From the human T2T-CHM13v2.0 reference genome, Homo sapiens, in assembly GCF_009914755.1 (NCBI RefSeq), contig NC_060925.1: 64,000 nucleotides of DNA; one strand, written 5' to 3'. Under the pieces are notes generated by a model that had not been told where the DNA came from, did not search any database, and saw only the letters and a list, made by a program, of their open reading frames with translations. A program made the position numbers and the translations under genes. Below are positions 58,951 through 64,000 of the stretch, piece after piece; positions within the stretch are counted from its first letter, which is position 1; every line of letters begins with the position of its first letter.

Positions 58951-61470
58951 ATCGAATGGAATTAACATTGAATGGACTCGAATGGAATCCACATCAAACG
59001 GAATCAAGCGGAATTATCGAATGGAATCGAAGAGAATCATCGAATGGACCCGAATGGAATCATCTAATGGAATGGAATGGAATAATCCACGGACTCGAAT
59101 GCAAACATCATCGTATAGAATCGAATGGAATCATTGAATGGACTCGAATGGAATAATCATTGAACGGAATCAAATGGAATCATCATCGGATGGAAACGAA
59201 TGGAATCATCATCGAATGGAAAAGAAAAGAGTCATCATCTAATGGAATTGCATGGAATCATCATAAAATGGAATCGAATGGAATCAACATCAAATGGAAT
59301 CAAATGGAATCATTGAACGGAATTGAATGGAATCGTCATCGAATGAATTGAATGCAATCATCGAATGGTCTCGAATGGAATCATCTTCTAATGGAAAGTA
59401 ATGGAATCATCGCATAGAATCGAATGGAATTAAAATTGAATGGACTCGAATGGAATCAACACCAAACGGAAAAAAACGGAATTATCGAATGGAATCGAAG
59501 AGAATCATCGAATGGACCCGAATGGAATCATCTAATGGAATGGAATGGAATAATCCATGGACTCGAATGCAATCATCATCGAATGGAATCGAATGGAATC
59601 ATCGAATGGACTCGAATGGAATAATCATTGAACGGAATCGAATGGAATCATCATCGGATGGAAAAGAATGGAATCATCATCGAATGGAAATGAAAGGAGT
59701 CATCATCTAATGGAATTGCATGGAATCATCATAAAATGGAATCGAATGGAATCAACATCAAATGGAATCCAATGGAATCATTGAACGGAATTGAATGGAA
59801 TCGTCATCGAATCAATTGAATGCAATCATCGAATGGTCTCGAATGGAATCATGTTCAAATGGAATGGAATGGAATCATCGCATAGAATCGAATGTAATTA
59901 TCATCGAATGGAATCGAATGAAATCAACAACAAACGGAAAAAAAAGGAATTATCGAATGGAATCAAAGAGAATCATCGAATGGACCCGAATGGAATCATC
60001 TAATGGAATGGAATGGAATAATCCATGGACTCGAATGCAATCATCATCGAATGGAATCGAATGGAATCATCGAATGGACTCGAATGGAATAATCATAGAA
60101 CGGAATCGAATGGAATCATCATCGGATGGAAATGAATGGAATCACCATCGAATGGAATCGAATAGAATTATGGAATGAAATCCAGTGTGATCATCATCGA
60201 ATGCACCCGAATGGAATCATCATCCAACGGAATCTAATGGAAACAACATCGAATGAATCGAATGGAAACACCATCGAATTGAAACGAGTGGAATTATCAT
60301 GAAATTGAAATGGATGGACTCATCATCGAATGGATTCGAATGGAATCATCGAATAAAATTGATTGAAATCATCATCAAATGGAATCGAATGGTATCATTG
60401 AATGGAATCGAATGGAATCATCATCAGATGGAAATGAATGGAATCGTCATAGAGTGGAATCGAATGGATTCATTGAATGGAATCAGATGGAATCATCGAA
60501 TGGACTGGAATGGAATCATTGAATGGACTCGAGAGGGATCATTATTGAATGGAATTGAATGGAATCATGGAATGGTCTCGATTGGAATCATTATCAAATG
60601 GAATCGAATGGAATCACCGAATAGAATCGAATGGAACAATCATCGAATGGACTCCAATGGAATTATCCTCAAATGGAATCGAATGGAATTATCGAATGCA
60701 ATCGAATGGAATTATCGAATGCAATCGAATAGAATCATCGAATGGACTCGAATGGAATCATCGAATGGAATGGAATGGAACAGTCAATGAACTCGAATGG
60801 AATCATCTTTGAATGGAATCGAAAGGAATCATCGAGTGGAATCGAATGGAATTATGATCAAATGGAATCGAATGTAATCATCATCAAATGGAATCAAAGA
60901 TAACCATCATCAATTGGTATTGAATGGAATTGTCATCAAATGGAATTCAAACGAATCATCACCAAATGGAACCGAAAGGAATCCTCATTGAATGGAAATG
61001 AAAGGGGTCATCATCTAATGGAATCGCATGGAATCATCATCAAATGGAATCGAATGGAATCATCATCAGATGGAATCTAATGGAATCATTGAACAGAATT
61101 GAATGGAATCGTCATCGAATGAATTGAATGCAATCATCGAATGGTCTCGAACGGAATCATCTTCTAATGGAAAGGAATGGAATCATCGCATAGAATCGAA
61201 TGGAATTAACATTGAATGGACTCGAATGGAATCAACATCAAACGGAATCAAGCGGAATTATCGAATGGAATCGAAGAGAATCATCGAATGGACTCGAATG
61301 AAATCATCTAATGGAATAGAATGGAATAATCCACGGACTCGAATGCAATCATCATCGTATAGAATCGAATGGAATCATCGAAAGGACTCGAAAGGAATAA
61401 TCATTGAACGGAATCGAATGGAATCATCATCGGATGGAAACGAATGGAATCATCATCGAATGGAAATGAA
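58860..61470 (+). repeat. Near-identical copy of ~54840-57450 (offset 4020)
   Basis: ORF pairs 54839/58859, 55404/59424, 56279/60299 and 57083/61103. The shared variant GAATTCAAACG is at ~56925 and ~60945. Confidence 0.88.
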
Positions 61471-64000
61471 AGGATTCATCATCTAATGGAATTGCATGGA
61501 ATCATCATAAAATGGAATCGAATGGAATCAACATCAAATGGAATCAAATGGAATCATTGAACGGAATTGAATGGAATCGTCAACGAATGAATTGAATGCA
61601 ATCATCGAATGGTCTCGAATGGAATCATCTTCAAATGGAATGGAATGGAATCATCGCATAGAATCGAATGGAATTATCATCGAATGGAATCGAATGGAAT
61701 CAACATCAAACGGAAAAATCGGAATTATCGTATGGAATCGAAGAGAATCATCGAATGGACCCGAATGGAATCATCTAATGGAGTGGAATGGAATAATCCA
61801 CGGACTCGAATGCAATCATCATCGAATGGAATCGAATGGAATCATCGAATGGACTCGAATGGAATAATCATCGAACGGAATCGAATGGAGTCATCATCGG
61901 ATGGAAATGAATGGAATCATCATCGAATGGAATCGAATAGAATTATGGAATGAAATCCAGTGTGATCATCATCGAATGGACCCGAATGGAATCATCATCC
62001 AACGGAAGCTAATGGAATCAACATCGAATGAATCGAATGGAAACACCATCGAATTGAAACGAATGGAATTATCATGAAATTGAAATGGATGGACTCATCA
62101 TCGAATGGATTCGAATGGAATCATCGAATAAAATTGATTGAAATCATCAACAAATGGAATCGAATGGTATCATTGAATGGAATCGAATGGAATCATCATC
62201 AGATGGAAATGAATGGAATCGTCATAGAATGGAATCGAATGGATTCATTGAGTGGAATCAGATGGAATCATCGAATGGACTGGAATGGAATCACTGAATG
62301 GACTCGAAAGGGATCATCATTGAATGGAATTGAATGGAATCATCGAATGGTCTCGATTGGAATCATTATCAAATGGAATCGAATGAAATCACCGAATAGA
62401 ATCGAATGGAACAATCATCGAATGGACTCAAATGGAATTATCTTCAAATGGAATCGAATGGAATTATCGAATGCAATCGAATGGAATTATCGAATGCAAT
62501 CGAATAGAATCATCGAATGGACTCGAATGGAATCATCGAATGGAATGGAATGGAACAGTCAATGAACTCGAATGGAATCATCATTGAATGGAATCGAATG
62601 GAATCATCGAGTGGAATCGAATGGAATTATGATCAAATGGAATCGAATGTAATCATCATCAAATGGAATCAAAAATAACCATCATCAATTGGTATTGAAT
62701 GGATTTGTCATCAAATGGAATTCAAAGGAATCATCATCAAATGGAACCAAATGGAATCCTCATTGAATGGAAATGAAAGGGGTCATCATCTAATGGAATC
62801 GCATGGAATCATCATCAAATGGAATCGAATGCAATCTTCATCAAATGGAATCTAATGGAATCATTGAACAGAATTGAATGGAATCGTCATCGAATGAATT
62901 GAATGCAATCATCGAATGGTCTCGAATGGAATCATCTTCTAATGGAAAGGAATGGAATCATCGCATAGAATCGAATGGAATTAACATTGAATGGACTCGA
63001 ATGGAATCCACATCAAACGGAATCAAGTGGAATTATCGAATGGAATCGAAGAGAATCATCCAATGGACTCGAATGGAATCATCTAATGGAATGGAATGGA
63101 ATAATCCACGGACTCGAATGCAATCATCATCGTATAGAATCGAATGGAGTCATCGAATGGACTCGAATGGAATAATCATTGAACGGAATCAAATGGAATC
63201 ATCATCGGATGGAAACGAATGGAATCATCATCGAATGGAAATGAAAAGAGTCATCATCTAATGGAATTGCATGGAATCATCATAAAATGGAATCGAATGG
63301 AATCAACATCAAATGGAATCAAATGGAATCATTGAACGGAATTGAATGGAATCGTCATCGAATGAATTGAATGCAATCATCGAATGGTCTCGAATGGAAT
63401 CATCTTCAAATGGAATGGTATGGAATCCTCGCATAGAATCGAATGTAATTATCATCGAATGGAATCGAATGAAATCAACAACAAACGGAAAAAAAAGGAA
63501 TTATCGAATGGAATCGAAGAGAATCATCGAATGGACCCGAATGGAATGATCTAATGGAATGGAATGGAATAATCCATGGACTCGAATGCAATCATCATCG
63601 AATGGAATCGAATCGAATCATCGAATGGACTCGAATGGAATAATCATTGAACGGAATCGCATGGAGTCATCATCGGATGGAACTGAATGGAATCATCATC
63701 GAATGGAATTGAATAGAATTATGGAATGAAATCCAGTGTGATCAGCATCGAATGGACCCGAATGGAATCATCATCCAACGGAAGCTAATGGAATCAACAT
63801 CGAATGAATCGAATGGAAACACCATCGAATTGAAACGAATGGAATTATCATGAAAGTGAAATGGATGGACTCGTCATCGAATGGATTCGAATGGAATCAT
63901 CGAATAAAATTGATTGAAATCATCATCAAGTGGAATCGAATGGTATCATTGAATGGAATCGAATGGAATCATCAGATGGAAATGAATTGAATCGTCATAG

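Larger units (their letters stand above)
483..63849 (+). repeat. 32 complete higher-order units of length ~840+468n bp (n=1-4)
   Basis: The landmark ATGAAA(T/G)TGAAATGG occurs at 483, 1791, 4035, 5811, 7587, 9825, 12537, 14781, 16556, 18800, 21044, 23756, 26000, 27798, 30042, 31817, 33591, 35358, 36657, 38904, 41148, 42924, 44699, 46475, 48248, 50024, 52727, 54035, 56279, 58055, 60299, 62074 and 63850. Spacings are ~1308 (x3), ~1776 (x15), ~2244 (x10), ~2712 (x3) and one rearranged 2247. Confidence 0.93.
1..64000 (+). repeat. Human classical satellite II (HSat2/HSATII) tandem array, GGAAT-rich strand on +; probably HSat2A with ~1.77 kb unit (1q12 or chr10 pericentromeric heterochromatin)
   Basis: Continuous diverged GGAAT pentamers organised into 23/26-bp-scale words such as GAATGGAATCATCATCGAATGGAATC, with dense TCGA. 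The CATCATCGAAT/GAATCGAAT words distinguish HSat2 from purer (GGAAT)n HSat3. There is no non-satellite interruption. The dominant 1776-bp period has a single GAATTC per unit. Confidence 0.97.

Noticed and set aside
16-63549. Numerous 63-163 aa ORFs (MESSSNELNAIIEW..., MKLKWMDSSSNG...)
   Set aside because: These are translations of GGAAT pentamers (W/N/G/M/E-rich). They overlap in several frames and are broken by stops and frameshifts among copies, with no domain-like content or sign of codon-level conservation.
1-64000. CRISPR-like repeat-spacer array
   Set aside because: There are no unique spacers between conserved repeats and no cas genes; all sequence is satellite-derived.
1-64000. HSat3, alpha satellite or telomeric repeat
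   Set aside because: There are no long pure (GGAAT)n tracts with CAACCCGAGT-type words, no 171-bp monomer or CENP-B box, and no TTAGGG.
1-64000. Transposon (Alu/L1) insertion or strand inversion
   Set aside because: None was seen; no non-satellite segment or CATTC-rich stretch occurs on the + strand.
1-64000. Heat-shock elements from the abundant GAA triplets
   Set aside because: The GAA units are direct repeats on one strand, not the alternating inverted nGAAn arrays of a canonical HSE.
1-64000. Definite chromosome assignment
   Set aside because: The 1.77 kb unit suggests 1q12, but related HSat2A arrays exist elsewhere (e.g. chr10); alignment to a T2T assembly is needed.

Overview
The whole 64 kb window is one uninterrupted, single-orientation satellite array of diverged GGAAT pentamers with frequent GAATCGAAT and ATCATC words. 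This is the signature of human (or great-ape) classical Satellite II (HSat2/HSATII). The dominant ~1.77 kb unit carries one EcoRI site, which fits best with the HSat2A arrays of 1q12 (D1Z1/pUC1.77-type) or chr10; that placement is inference. I see no genes, RNA genes, transposons or CRISPR arrays, and all listed ORFs are translation artefacts of the repeat. The informative signal is architectural. (i) Unit length follows 840 + 468n bp (1308/1776/2244/2712). (ii) A ~20 kb central domain (~21.95-42.0 kb) carries a different set of diagnostic variants from the flanks. (iii) There are nested near-identical duplications at offsets 1299, 3549, 4020, 4042, 6263, 8034/8502, 38888 and 52244 bp. (iv) One chimeric unit at ~37.0-37.25 kb mimics the canonical EcoRI fragment size. 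I cannot support a new biological system here. Offsets were derived by hand from landmark positions and the ORF track; duplication boundaries are approximate.
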